Below are positions 23,820-36,891 of a DNA stretch of 64,000 nucleotides, piece after piece. The stretch comes from Macrostomum lignano (Eukaryota): contig NIVC01001263.1 of assembly GCA_002269645.1 (NCBI GenBank), positions 1 to 64,000 on the forward strand, in the 5' to 3' direction. The notes beneath the pieces are model-generated. The model did no database searches and was not told the DNA's origin. It saw only the letters and a program-made list of their open reading frames with translations. Numbering within the stretch: the first letter of the stretch is position 1; each line of letters starts with the position of its first letter. Both the position numbers and the translations under genes were made by a program.

Positions 23820-26070
23820 GTAAGCCTTGACATCTCAGCAATTGCAATTCCCTAAACTATAAGCCTTGACATCTCAAGAATTCTCCCAGCTATAAGCCTT
23901 GATATCCCAGCAATTCCCCAGTAAGCCTGGACATCTCAGCAATTCCCCAATAAGCCTTGACATTCTAGCAATTCCCCTAGCTGTAAGCCTTGATATCCCA
24001 GTAATTCCCTAGTAAGTCTAGACATCCCAGCAATTCCATAGTCCGGATCATGCTGGACTTACGCCGGAGAAAAAATCCAACATTTTTGGCACTTATGCCA
24101 GACTTAAGCCAACCAAAAAAGGTCCCTCTGACTTACGTCACCCAAAAAAGGTCCCTCACAATTCTTGTGAATAAAATGGAATAGAATAGAATAGAATAGA
24201 TGATTTACAATTAATCGGTGATTAATTAAACTCAGAAGTTGCAACTGTTTAAAAATCTCACAAGTTGCAAATTCTGAATCAAGAATCAAAGTAAGCATCT
24301 TGAAGCTAAAAAAACTTTTGCTATCCTTCAATAGATATTCTGCTATCTCATTTATACGAAATGCAATATTTTAATGAACTTTGTTTTAATGCTGCTCTTT
24401 AACATCATAATTAACGCAAATGTGTAATGTTCTATAGTGATACATTTGATCGTGAATGATCTCATTTGTGCCAACAATTACGCCACTTGATTTATGCCAT
24501 GTACTTACGCCAAGCACTTATGCCAAGGCACATTTTGGCCTATACTTACGCCAAGCACTTATGCCAGCCTCCGATCCCAAACCAGATTTACACCAGAGAT
24601 CTCCGGCGTAAACGACATGATCCAGACTATGGTAGCAATTCCCCGTAAGCTTTGACATTCCAGCAATATCCCAGTAAGCCTTGACATCTCAGCAATTCCC
24701 CTAGCTATAAGCCTTGACACCTTAGCAATTCCCCACAAGCCTTGACATCTCAGCAATTCCCCATAAACCTTGACATCTTAGCAATTACCTAATAAGCCTA
24801 GACAACTCAGTAATTCCCCAATAAGTCTTGACATTCCAGAAATTCCCCCAGCTATAAGCCTTGACATCTTAGCAATTCCCTAGTAAGCCTGGACATCCCA
24901 GCAATTCTCTATAAGCCTTGACCTCCCAGCAATTCTCCATCAGCCTTGACCTCCCAGCAATTCCCTAGTAAGCCTTGACATCCCAGCAATTCCCCATAAG
25001 CCTTGCCATCTAAGCAATTCCCTTATAAGCCTTGGCATCCCAGCCATCCCAGCCATCCCCTATAAGCCTTGAAATCTCAGCAATTCCCCCAGTTGTAAGC
25101 CTTGACATCCCAGCAATTTCCCCAGCTGTAAGCCTTGACATCCCAGCAATTCTCCCAGTGCCTTGACATCTCAGCAATTCCCCCACTAAGTCTTAAAGTC
25201 TAATAAATTAAAGCAATTCCCTTAGCTATAAGCTTTGACATCTCAGCAATTCCCCCAGTAAGCCTTGACATCTCAGCAATTCCCTCAGCTATAAGCCTTG
25301 GCATCTCAGCAATTCCCCCAGCTGTAAGCCTTGACATTTCAGCAATTCTCTAGTAAGCCTTGACATCCCAGCAATTCCCCAATAAGTCTAGACATCCTAG
25401 AAATTCCCCATAAGCCTTGACACCCCAGCACATACATGCGCAACCTCCAAATTTCGGTCGGCCATGCGACTTAGTTTTAACAAAAATGCGACGTAGTTTT
25501 TGGCCAAAAATGCAACATCGTAGGTTTGGGCCAAAAATGCACATGTAAAAAAACCCAAAAGCAAAATTAACGCAACTTTGGGTAAACGGCAGGAGTAACT
25601 ATGACTGTCTTATAAAGCCAAAATGCCTCGTCAGCTACTTAGTACTACTACTCGGTGTTTTTTTCGGGTTGGCATTTTTGCGACTTCCTTGGTTGGCTGC
25701 CAAATCGGTCGGCCGGATCGGCCGACTCGGCCGACTGTTGCGCATGTATGCCCCAGCAATTCCCCATAAGCCTTGACATCCCAGAAATTCCCTATAAGCC
25801 TTGACATCTCAGCAATTACCTAATAAGCCTAGACATCTCAGCAATTCCCCAATAAGCCTTGACATTCCAGAAATTCCCATAGCTATAAGCCTTGACATCC
25901 CAGCAATTCCCCAATAAGCCTTGACAATGACATCTTAGCAGTGAATTGTGTAAGCCTTGACATCCCAGCAATTCTTTATAAGCCTTGACATCTCAGCAAA
26001 TCCCTCCATAGCCTCGACATCTCAGTAGTTTTCCCAGTAAGTCTTGAAATTTTAGCAATTTCCCAATGAA
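23820..26070. repeat. Degenerate 25-30 bp satellite (aagccttgacatcccagcaattcccc) in two blocks, ~23820-24040 and ~24640-26070
   Basis: Dozens of diverged tandem units. Confidence 0.9.
25431..25750. mobile_element. MITE with CATACATGCGCAAC TIRs and an 8-bp TSD (P- or hAT-superfamily-like), inserted in the satellite
   Basis: TSD ccccagca at 25423-25430 and 25751-25758; near-identical second copy at 61661-61959. Confidence 0.92.
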
Positions 26071-26589
26071 TAATTATCTACTGAAATTCAAACCCAGTCA
26101 CTGCTTTAGCAGCTCCATCTGTTTGCATCTAGGCTAGCTTTTATTGATCGATATGCTCATACATGAATTGTAGCACTTATAATTCAATACAGTCACAACA
26201 CGTCAGTTGGAATAAAAGTCATGACATAATTTACTTCCAGTCAGTCAGTGTCAGTCACTATTTAAGTTAGCAATTCAATTACGCAATATCAATCAAGTCT
26301 TGTGCTATATGCTTCCACACTGTATACTTCAGACTGGCGCAATTCAATTCAGTGTCAAAATTCAGCCAGTATACACTGATGATAAATAAAAAGCCTAGTG
26401 TGATGCAATCTATTTCAGAATCAGAATTCAACCAGTCAGTTTTTTCTCTAGCATTCTTACAATGCATTTCAAGTCAAAAGAGCTGCTTGACCTTTGCAAA
26501 AAAGCCATGTTTTTGGAATATTTAATCCCTTTAGCATTGAGCAATCTCTTAGCCATGACCCATGTACCGTCACAGAAAAATTTCTGATC

Positions 26590-26650
26590 AAATGGTGCAA
26601 GTTTGGTGGAAATCGGTTGAGCTGTTTTTTCTATTTTCTATTACACAGAC

Positions 26651-26701
<51 letters not shown>

Positions 26702-26725
26702 GACAGCTTAGATTTAGATATATCT
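26590..26725 (+). mobile_element. Possible Helentron/DINE-1-like (HINE) non-autonomous element with an (ACAG)n tract
   Basis: caagtttggtggaaatcggttgagc followed by (ACAG)n and an AT-rich end resembles the HINE layout. The microsatellite itself (26646-26706) is certain; the family call is tentative. Confidence 0.4.
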
Positions 26726-27707
26726 ATAAAAAAAGAAAAAGACTTGCAATATCAAGAACTACTCAAATAGAAGGATAAAAAACTGAATAAAAAACAAATT
26801 AAAAAATAATAGACTCCTAAATTTCTAAACAAAAACACAAGAAGCAGTAAAAAATTTCTATTTGAAAAATACCACTAAAACTTGTTTTTAAATCTGTTCT
26901 ATAGAAAGTGTGGTGTTATTGTTAATGTAATTTTAATTAAATAAGCTATCAATAGGTTCTTTAAAAATACAATATAGATATAGGAAGCTTTTATTTTTTC
27001 AACATAAATTTTTTATTACTTTTGATATGAAGCAATAAAGCAGTAGAAGGCATAAACCCAATGTTTATCTTTTGATACATTTTGCCTTTCTTATTGCTTT
27101 ATTGATATTCATCAAGTTTTTGTGTTTCTCTTTAAAAAATTCTGACAGTGCAAACAAACTTTTTTAATAAGATTTTTCTAGTGCACAGTGCAAACAAACT
27201 TTTTTAATAAGATTTATTCCGGTATAGGTATGTTATGATCTTGACTATAGGGCATATACACTGGAAATTTCTAGGATATAGGCCTACTCAAAAAAATGGC
27301 ATATATGTTGGCACACAAAAAGTGATTTTGGTCTTTTGGTATACATTTAATGTAGTTTTTAAGCTTGTAAAAACATGTAGACAAATGTTTGTTGGTAATA
27401 ATTTTGTGCTATTAATAGTAAATATTAAATCAAATTATTATCCAAAAGGAGTCCTTTTCATAATATACAAAAGGTCATTTAATGTTGCAATGCAGAAAAG
27501 GTCATTTATTGGTGCAAAACTGGCTTAGATTTGGGTGTGGGTATGCATTCAAATTTTTTGGCATGCATGCATTTGTAACTATTCAATTTTTGTTTGGACA
27601 CACACCTATCATGAGCTAGACTATGGCAGTCACAATAGTTGTCTATGCATTATAATGGTAAAATTTGATAACTATTTTACCCAAAACTGGTTTCTATATT
27701 TTACAAG

Positions 27708-28082
27708 CAGTGGCATACCTAGGATTTTGAAAAGGGGGGATAACTTTTAGGGATAAAATTTTAGATCAATAAAATAGTCTTTTTGCAATTTTTTGCTTGA
27801 AAGATGCATTTAAAAAGTATAGAAACCATGTTAATTGGGCTAAAACTTTACTTTGTTAAAATCAGAATAAAGCTAGCAGATGTTGTTCCTGTTTACAGCA
27901 TTTTAGGAACTAGGGATTTGTGGAAATATTGTTTAAAACATTTTAATAGTAATCTATAGGTGAAATAGGCCAATTTTTTAGCAATTTTTCTATATCTAAG
28001 CTGCTTTGCTTTGCTTTTTTTCTTCAAAATAGGGGGTTAGGGTAGATATATACCCAGATCCCCCCTCCTAGATATGCCACTG
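27708..28082. mobile_element. MITE, CAGTGGCATACCTAG...CTAGATATGCCACTG, probable degraded 8-bp TSD (hAT-like)
   Basis: 15-bp TIR; flanks tttacaag / tttttaag. Confidence 0.65.
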
Positions 28083-29575
28083 TTTTTAAGGTAAAAATTT
28101 AAAATGATCAAAAATGCATAAGTTTTGTTGTTTTCTTTATATACATGAAACATTATACAAATATAGTTATTATTTTTAGTTTTCAACTTTATCTAATTGA
28201 AATTAAATATTAAAATCACTAGTCTAGTATTGTTACAAAATTTACAATTTGAAGCTTTGCATAAGTTAATATATTCAGCATACATTGGCATATGCCAAAA
28301 AAATTGGTCATTTTTTCTGGGGTACAAATAGACTATTCCAAACTATAGCTAAAGTAAAATGTAGGCTAATTGACTTTCTATATGCCATTCTTGTAAATCT
28401 CTAAGAACTTGGCCTTTAAAACCTAAGATCTCTTAGAACATATCTTTCACTCATCTCGACTGTGCCATAGAGTGACATATCTTTGATAAAAGCAATCTAA
28501 TTATTTTGCCACTTGTTTATTAAAGACATAAGAGAAAGAAAATAGAATAAACCATCCATCAAATTAACTCATATAGAGCAAAAGGCTTTTGTCAAAGTAG
28601 CCTCAAATATTTTACAAGATCAAAGAGTACAAATAAGATTAGGCTAATAAAATCTTTTTAATTTTCCATTTTTGTAAAATGTCTATCAGATAATAATTAT
28701 TTGATATAGTACTATTCAATTGTTTAGTATATATTTCAACATAGCAGATGAATTGGGTTTTATAAAAATGTTTAAAATGACCAACAAGATGTTAATTTTA
28801 TCCATTCCTAGGTTTCCTTTACTATTAATAATCTTTATCTTGGCATTTTATCTTATTTAGTACTTGGCTAGTTTTAAAGGATTACTACTGATTTTATACT
28901 TTGATAAAAAAAATTCTAGTTTTTTTGTAGGGTTTTTCCAAATTCAAAATTTTCCTATCTGTATCTTTATCTATATCTACAAAAGGTCCCATAGCCTATC
29001 TATATCCATATCATCCAAATTCATATCCATAATCCTATAATAGTAGGCTACAACTGATTTATCTTTTTTATTAATTATTTTGCATGATTAATGATTTCAA
29101 TATATATTAAAACATAGAAACAATTTATATTGGGTAAAATAGAAAGTTCTTGTGGTTTCCAAAAGTAAGCCTAAGTTAAGCCAAAGTTGAGAACTGTATG
29201 CCCAGCTGCTGGTCGGCGATGTTGGGGTGCAACCGGTAGAGACTGCTGGCTGATTTTTGTGTTTTTATAAAAAAGGTTATAAAACAGTAATGTCTGTCAA
29301 GGATTCAGGGTAAAGATGAAATACATACATGTATATTGAGCCATCTGCTAAAGTATATTTTCATACTAATACAATTTGTACATTTTCACTCATGCAATTG
29401 CATGCTTAGCAACTCTGGCGTCGGCAGCTGTGGCAGGCAACACAACCCACTGCGAATCTGAAAGCGTCTGGTTTGTCTTCCCATCTCTCCTCCCGATCCC
29501 ATTGACTGCCGTACCAAGGCTCCCTGGTCACTTGCTTCCCTACCAGCCCCAGCCAGCAGCTCGGCGGTCCAGTCA

Positions 29576-32500
29576 ATGCCGTCAGCTGTGAAAGACCAAA
29601 GTGGCCCAGGCGGCTTCCCAGTCATTGAGCTGTACCAGCTGGACAAGCGGAAATTCTTCCCGCTGTCAACTGTGGGCTCGCTGACTGTGCAGGTGGTGAC
29701 CTACCCGCTGACCCTGCTGCGCACCCGGCTGCAGCTGCAGGAGGGCCACAAAGTTTACAGGGGCCTTCTTCACTGCTTTCGGACTGTGCTGGGCCAGGAG
29801 GGCGTGCAAGGCCTTTACGCCGGATTTTGGGTCAAGAATTTTCAGGTGAGAATTCCAAGATTATCAAGTCAGTCCCGCTTTGCACCCTGTGTGTGTTGCT
29901 CGGGGCTCGGGGGTCAGCGGAGTTAGAATGATGACTTGTCTCCTCACTCACTGCAAGTCGGCTCTCATATCCTATTTTACAGCTAAGAATCCCAATCTCA
30001 CGACAAAGAATCCCCAATCTCACAGATAAGAATCCCAATCTTACAGCAGAGAATCCCAATCTCACAACAAAGAATCCAAATCTCACAGCTAGGAATCCCA
30101 ATCTCACAACAAAGAATCCAAATCTCAGCAACGAATCCCAATCTCATTTCAAAGAATCCCAATCTCACAGCTAAAAATCCCAATCTCACAGCTAAAAATC
30201 CCAAATCTCACAGCTAGCAATCCCAATCTCACATCAGAGAATCCCAATCTCTCAGCTAGGAATCTCAATCTCACAACAAAGAATCCCAATCTCATAATAA
30301 AGAATCGCAATCACAAAAATTAATCCCAATCTCACAGCTAGCAATCCCAATCTCACATCAGAGAATCCCACTCTCTCAGCTAGGAATCTCAATCTCACAA
30401 CAAAGAATCCCAATCTCATAATAAAGAATCGCAATCACAAAAATTAATCCCAATCTCACAGCTAGGAATCCCAATCTCACAGCTAGCAATCCCAATCTCA
30501 CATCAGAGAATCCCAATCTCTCAGCTAGGAATCTCAATCTCACAACAAAGAATCCCAATCTCATAATAAAGAATCGCAATCACAAAAATTAATCCCAATC
30601 TCACAGCTAGCAATCCCAATCTCACATCAGAGAATCCCACTCTCTCAGCTAGGAATCTCAATCTCACAACAAAGAATCCCAATCTCATAATAAAGAATCG
30701 CAATCACAAAAATTAATCCCAATCTCACAGCTAGGAATCCCAATCTCACAGCAAAGAATCCCAATTTCGCTGCTAGGAGTCTTCTTCTAAATCAATAAAA
30801 TTCGGCAGATTTCAGTATCGAATATTCAGATATTTTAAGCTCCTAAGCCCTCCCTACACAGAAACCCTATTCCCACTGACGCAGGTACTGAGCTCAGTCA
30901 TGTACGCCTACACCTACGAGCGAGTCCGCGAGGACACCCGCGGGATGTCGCCAACAATGCGCAGCTTCCTTGGCGGCGGCTGCGCCTCGCTGGTCTCCCA
31001 GACTGTGCTGGTCCCTCTGGACGTTGTCTCCCAGCACCTGCAGGTTTTGTCCCGGGCGCCAGGCGCCTCTTCGCGCACTCTGACGCCGATCTGCATCAGC
31101 GAGGCCGAAGCGAGCACCGCGCCAGGCCGCGCGCTTGCCGTGGTTCGCACCCTGTACAGGCGGAACGGCGTGGCTGCCTTCTACAAGGTAATTAATTTCA
31201 ATGCCTGTTGGACTTTGTAAATCCCGATTAGATTCTCTAGATTCCTGATCCCAATGTAAAAGTCCCAATCCTATTTTAAAGAGAACCAGACGTCAATGTA
31301 ATAATTCCAATGTCTAACATGATAATTTATGGCCCTATCCCTAATCCAGTTGACCCTGTCCCTAATCCAGTTGACCCTGTCCCTAATCTAATTGCCCCTA
31401 TCCCTAATCCAGTTGGCCCTATCCCTAATCCAGTTGAACCTATCCCTAATCTAATTGCCCCTATCCCTAATCCAGTTGACCCTGTCCCTAATCCAGTTGG
31501 CCCTATCCCTAATCCAGTTGGCCCTATCCCTAATCTAATTGCCCCTATCCCTAATCCAGTTGCCCCTATCCCTAATCCAATTGACCCTGTCCCTAATCCA
31601 GTTGACCCTGTCCCTAATCCAGTTGACCCTGTCCCTAATCCAGTTGGCCCTATCCCTAATCCAGTTGGCCCTATCCCTAATCTAATTGCCCCTATCCCTA
31701 ATCCAGTTGGCCCTATCCCTAATCCAGTTGACCCTGTCCCTAATCCAGTTGGCCCTATCCCTAATCCAGTTGGCCCTATCCCTAATCCAGTTGACCCTGT
31801 CCCTAATCCAGTTGACCCTGTCCCTAATCCAGTTGGCCCTATCCCTAATCCAGTTGGCCCTATCCCTAATCTAATTGCCCCTATCCCTAATCCAGTTGGC
31901 CCTATCCCTAATCCAGTTGAACCTATCCCTAATCTAATCGCCCCATCCCTTATCCAGTTGGCCCTATCCCTAATCCAGTTGAACCTATCCCTAATTTAAT
32001 TGCCTCATCCCTTATCCAGTTGGCCTCTACACCTAAGCTAATCCGAGAACCACTATCCGTAATCCAAGATCCCCGTTCCCCAATAAAAAATCCCTAATCT
32101 CAATCTTTAGTCTCGGAGTCCTGATCCCTAGTCTACATTCCGTGGTCAACCCTTTGCTCCAATTCCCACCAACCCAGGGCTACGTGATCTCCATCGCCCA
32201 CTTTGTGCCCAACTCGGCCCTGTGGTGGGCCTTCTACAACTTCTACTGCGACGCCATCGGCCGCGCCGCAGTCGCCCTGATGTCGGTCGGCCAGCCCGGC
32301 CCCCAGGACCCGCAGCAGCTGCCGCCCCGCCTGCCAGTCCAGCTGGCCTCCGCCCCCCTGTCTGGCATGTCATCCGGCCTCATCACCAACCCCATCGATG
32401 TGGTTCGAGTCCGCATGCAAGTGGAAGGCCTGGACCTGCCCTCCACTCTGCGCCGCCTGTGGACAGAGGAGGGCGCCGCCTTTGTGGTGAAAGGCCTCAG

Positions 32501-32609
32501 CGCCCGCCTGTTGCAGTCCTCGCTGTTCAGCTTCTTCATCATCTTGTCCTACGAGCCAATCAAGCGGTTCTCGCTGAAGGACGAGTACAAATCGTCCATT
32601 TCTTGGTGA
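29576..32609 (+). CDS. SLC25A44: Mitochondrial carrier SLC25A44-like, ~334 aa
   Basis: Exons 29576-29845, 30885-31187, 32178-32609 (GT-AG, phase 0). [78 protein letters not shown]: three carrier repeats matching the SLC25A44 pattern. Confidence 0.93.
29978..30770. repeat. ~21-bp minisatellite (aagaatcccaatctcacagct) with a ~145-bp higher-order repeat, SLC25A44 intron 1
   Basis: Identical artefactual ORFs recur at 30376 and 30521 (145-bp offset). Confidence 0.9.
31331..32030. repeat. 21-bp minisatellite (ccctatccctaatccagttgg), SLC25A44 intron 2
   Basis: Direct observation. Confidence 0.95.
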
Positions 32610-33184
32610 CCCCGGGCGCCCCCGTCCCTCATCCAGCTGGGGACCGCTCGGTCGCATTCCGGGTCCGTGCAAATTCCTATCAGTTCTATTCTTAGATTCT
32701 CCGTAGATTGTTTTCATTTTTTACCTGTCCCAGCGAGCGCATCAATAGAAAATATTATAAACCAGATTGACTGCTTTGGGACCACTTTGCGCGAATTGTG
32801 CTTTGTTCATTACTCGCTGATTATTTTCAATCATCACCGCTGCCTACTGGGAAGTAGTATAGAAAAATCTGGCGATTGTTTTAGTAAATTTGCATCTAGT
32901 TCAGTAAATCTGCGTTGCGTGTCTTTCTTTTCCATTTCTATTTTATTTATTCATGCAATACCAACTACTGATCTGAGTAGCGCTAATGAGTAGCTTAGGC
33001 GGAAACTTCAATTGGAACTGCTGACTGAATCCAATCGAGTATAATTGAAATGACTCAAATGACTCAATATTTTATCGACTCGGTTCGAGTTTTTAACTTA
33101 CAAATTTTTTCTTCGGAGTATCAAGTGGTACCTCGAACTTTTACCGTACGCTCTCTAGGTGTGGCTAATTCTAAGGTTTGTTTA

Positions 33185-34170
33185 TAGGGCGATTCTAGAG
33201 TGGTTTATTGGCAATTCTAGGTGTTGTTTATGGGTGCTATTAGAGTGGTTTATTGGCAATTCTAGGTGTTGTTTATGGGTGCTATTAGAATGGTTTATTG
33301 GCAATTCTAGGTGTTGTTTATGGGCGCTATTAGAGTGGTTTATTGGCAATTCTAGGTGTTGTTTATGGGCGCTATTAGAGTGGTTTATTGGCAATTCTAG
33401 GTGTTGTTTATGGGCGCTATTAGAATGGTTTATTGGCAATTCTAGGTGTTGTTTATGGGCGCTATTAGAATGGTTTATTGGCAATTCTAGGTGTTGTTTA
33501 TGGGCGCTATTAGAATGGTTTATTGGCAATTCTAGGTGTTGTTTATGGGCGCTATTAGAGTGGTTTATTGGCAATTCTAGGTGTTGTTTATGGGTGCTAT
33601 TAGAGTGGTTTATTGGCAATTCTAGGTGTTGTTTATGGGTGCTATTAGAGTGGTTTATTGGCAATTCTAGGTGTTGTTTATGGGTGCTATTAGAGTGGCT
33701 TATGGGCATTCTGGGGGTGGTTTATGGGCGCTATTAAGGGTGGGAAGAGTTAGTTTTAAAGGCGATTCTAGGTGTGGTTTATGGGCGCTATTAGGGGTGG
33801 TTTATGGGCATTCTAGATGTGGTTTATGGGCATTCTAGATGTGGTTTATGGGCATTCTAGATGTGGTTTATGGGCATTCTAGATGTGGTTTATGGGCATT
33901 CTAGATGTGGTTTATGGGCATTCTAGATGTGGTTTATGGGCATTCTAGATGTGGTTTATGGGCATTCTAGATGTGGTTTATGGGCATTCTAGATGTGGTT
34001 TATGGGCATTCTAGATGTGGTTTATGGGCATTCTAGATGTGGTTTATGGGCATTCTAGATGTGGTTTATGGGCATTCTAGAGGTGGTTTATGGGCATTCT
34101 AGAGGTGGTTTATGGGCATTCTAGAGGTGGTTTATGGGTATTCTGAGGGTGGTTTATGGGCATTCTTGGG
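33185..34170. repeat. 45-bp dimeric repeat (~33185-33735) adjoining a related 22-bp monomer array (~33760-34170)
   Basis: 45 = 22+23 related halves; monomer ttctagatgtggtttatgggca. Confidence 0.93.
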
Positions 34171-34805
34171 GTGGTTCATTATCCCAATAGCCAAGCATCC
34201 CCTTTCCCAACAATTTTACAAATGAATTTAGCGCAAACAAAGTTCCAATTTCCAGTAAATTAATTAAATTAATAAGTGGGTTTCACTTAATTTCACTGCA
34301 TGCCATGCCATTGAATTTTCATGCGATTTTTTACTGTAGCTCTTCAATAAACAGACCCGGGACCCCTGCTGCACTTCCTTTGCGATTTTGTCGCTCCACT
34401 TAACTCGCTGCAAATGCAAATGTTATTATAATAAATTTGCTTTTAACTTGCGCTGTCTCAATTTGATTGGCTGAGATAGAAATTTTCTGATTAATCTGCC
34501 AGTGGCTTCTTTTACCGTATGCGCGATTCCTCGGGTTAGATCTGATTTATTAAGAGCCTGACAGTCTGCTGTTGCAATTTATATAAATGCTCAAATTTAA
34601 TTTTAATCAATTTTGTTCAAACCTCGCCGACAGAGGTCTATCTGTCAGCGATAGTTTAATTACTCGTATATTGCTGAAACGCAGATGCCATGTCTTTTAT
34701 TCTGATTGTAATCTTCCCCTAGTAGATTTGTGTGCCATTGCAATTATAATATCATACATATTGTGATATGATATAGCGTTTCGTTTTTAAATTGTTGCTC
34801 CGTGG

Positions 34806-35251
34806 CACAGATACTAAAAGAACTGGATGGTCCACTCAGGCAATTATACTTAGTAAAACAGCTTTCTACTTTCAGTTCAGTAGCAAAGAAGAATACATAA
34901 GCTATTTTATAAAAATAAAGGCAGCTGAAATGACTTTGATAAGTTTAGAAGCCCAACAAATTTTGGCGTAAACAACTTGCTAATTGGTTCAGCAATAATG
35001 GACATTAGCCAGTCCACTGAAATGTACATGGCAGCTTTAGGCTGGAATTCCGAGAAAGGCAATAAACATTGGGGCGGTGGCAGGGGGTAGTGTGGAAAGG
35101 CGCGGTTGGAGGGTTTAAGCTGAGGGTAAGAGCCAATAAATGAGAGCCTTGGCTTTAAAAATGAAATGCTTCAGTTTAACGTACTACTGAACTGAAAGTA
35201 GTTTACACGCAAATGTGCTGAGTGGCCCATCTAGTTATTCTAGTATCTGTG
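34806..35251. mobile_element. MITE with ~35-bp CACAGATAC... TIRs and a 9-bp TSD
   Basis: TSD gctccgtgg at 34797-34805 and 35252-35260; uninterrupted relative of the copy split at 47678/58588. Confidence 0.88.
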
Positions 35252-36269
35252 GCTCCGTGGAAAGAAAGTGGAATCAATTTATCTACCAGAGGCGTGCTTC
35301 CCAATCCCCGAGTTTCACATTCGCCCTTCTCTAATAAATTTCATGCAAATTGACACTGCACACTGGCTTTGCGGCCTGGGATAAAACCTGCGTAAAACTT
35401 TGGAGTTTGAAACTGGTGCGGGGATTGTGAAAGCACCTAATCTGTAGCTAAGCCGGCCTCAAGGTTTCAATTCATTTCAACTGTCATGTTTCAATTACTG
35501 ATAAATAGAACCTGTCCTCTAGCGGTACCTTCGCGTTAGTGCTAATTTAAATTATTTAAAATGCCTGTCATAGTTGATTTTTTCCAAGAGCTTGAGGCCC
35601 TGATAATAAACAGCAGTACACGATGGTGCGAGCCCGGCAAAGCGCTGCAACCGTCTTGCCGATGCACTTTTGCCGCTCTTTCAAAATCGCTTTTTTGGTC
35701 TTTTTTTAATTGGTTTGGTTATTATCGCGGATACTTAAAATGATTGGATGGGCCGCTCAGCAAATGTGCGCGTAAGCTACTGTCAGTTCAGTAGACAGCT
35801 AAACAGAGGAATTTTAGCGTATTTTTATAGACAAGATGTTTTTGTTTCTTAATAACCCCTCCTAACTTAACCCTCTAATTGCGTCTCCACACAAAACCTC
35901 TACCCCCACACCCTCCTCCCGCCACGCCGCCCAATTTTAATTGGCTTTCTCAGTGCTCAGACTAAGCTGCTATGTACATTTCCAGTGACGCTCAATCAAT
36001 TGTCTGCAAGCTTTGGCTTCTAAACTTATCAGTAATTTTATCTGCTTCTTTTTATAAAATAGCTTATGCATTCTTTCTTGCTACTAAACAGGAAGTACAA
36101 AGCTGTTTTGCTAAGCATATTATACCCCTTATAGAAGTGACCCATCTAGTTTTTTGGTATTCTGTGGTTCTTATTGGTTTTTTTATAGGAAGTCTCAAAA
36201 TAAACCACTTATTTTACTACTGACGAGCAGTAGTAATTGGTTGGGAGTTGTCCTAAATTTAGTCTTACG

Positions 36270-36440
36270 CATACATGCGCAACCTTGAGAATCACCCGAC
36301 CGTTTCTATGGCAACACACACATGTAAGTCTCTATTGGCTGAGAGCAGTCACGTGACTACTATTCTGTCCAATAGCGACATACATGTGTGTGTTGCCAAT
36401 AGAAACGGCTGAGTGAATCCCAAGGTTGCGCCCAAGCATG
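36270..36440. mobile_element. Short palindromic MITE sharing the CATACATGCGCAAC left terminus; carries X-box, CCAAT and E-box motifs
   Basis: Mirror structure centred on agtcacgtgact (36347-36358); right end degenerate. Confidence 0.6.
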
Positions 36441-36891
36441 TCATTTAGGATACCAATTGTGTAGACACCTCTGTGACAGGCGGAATTCGCTGAAACGCAA
36501 ATTACAGTAGCTGACGCTCTCGTGTGTGTTCTCTGAATGATTTTCAGTATCGGCTACTCAGTTCTGCACTTCGGCTGGCATCGCGACTTCCGAATGCTCG
36601 AAAAGTAGTGCTACTTCAGGTGAATTTCATAGCTATGGCCTGCTCAGCTATGCAGTTTAGACTTCTTGATTGAGTTGGTACAGAGCTTGCTGCAATAGAA
36701 ACCGAAACGAAATTCATTTTGTGCTAAACATAGAGCAGCAGACTGTGCAATTCTGCAACACAATAGAGGCCGTGTACAGCTCGCAGAACATATTCTAGCA
36801 TTGTTACACTTTCTACAGACTATATAGGCATATGTTATAAGACTGCAGCAGAGCTCACGGGCTCCTTTAAACACGTATTCAGACATCTGGC

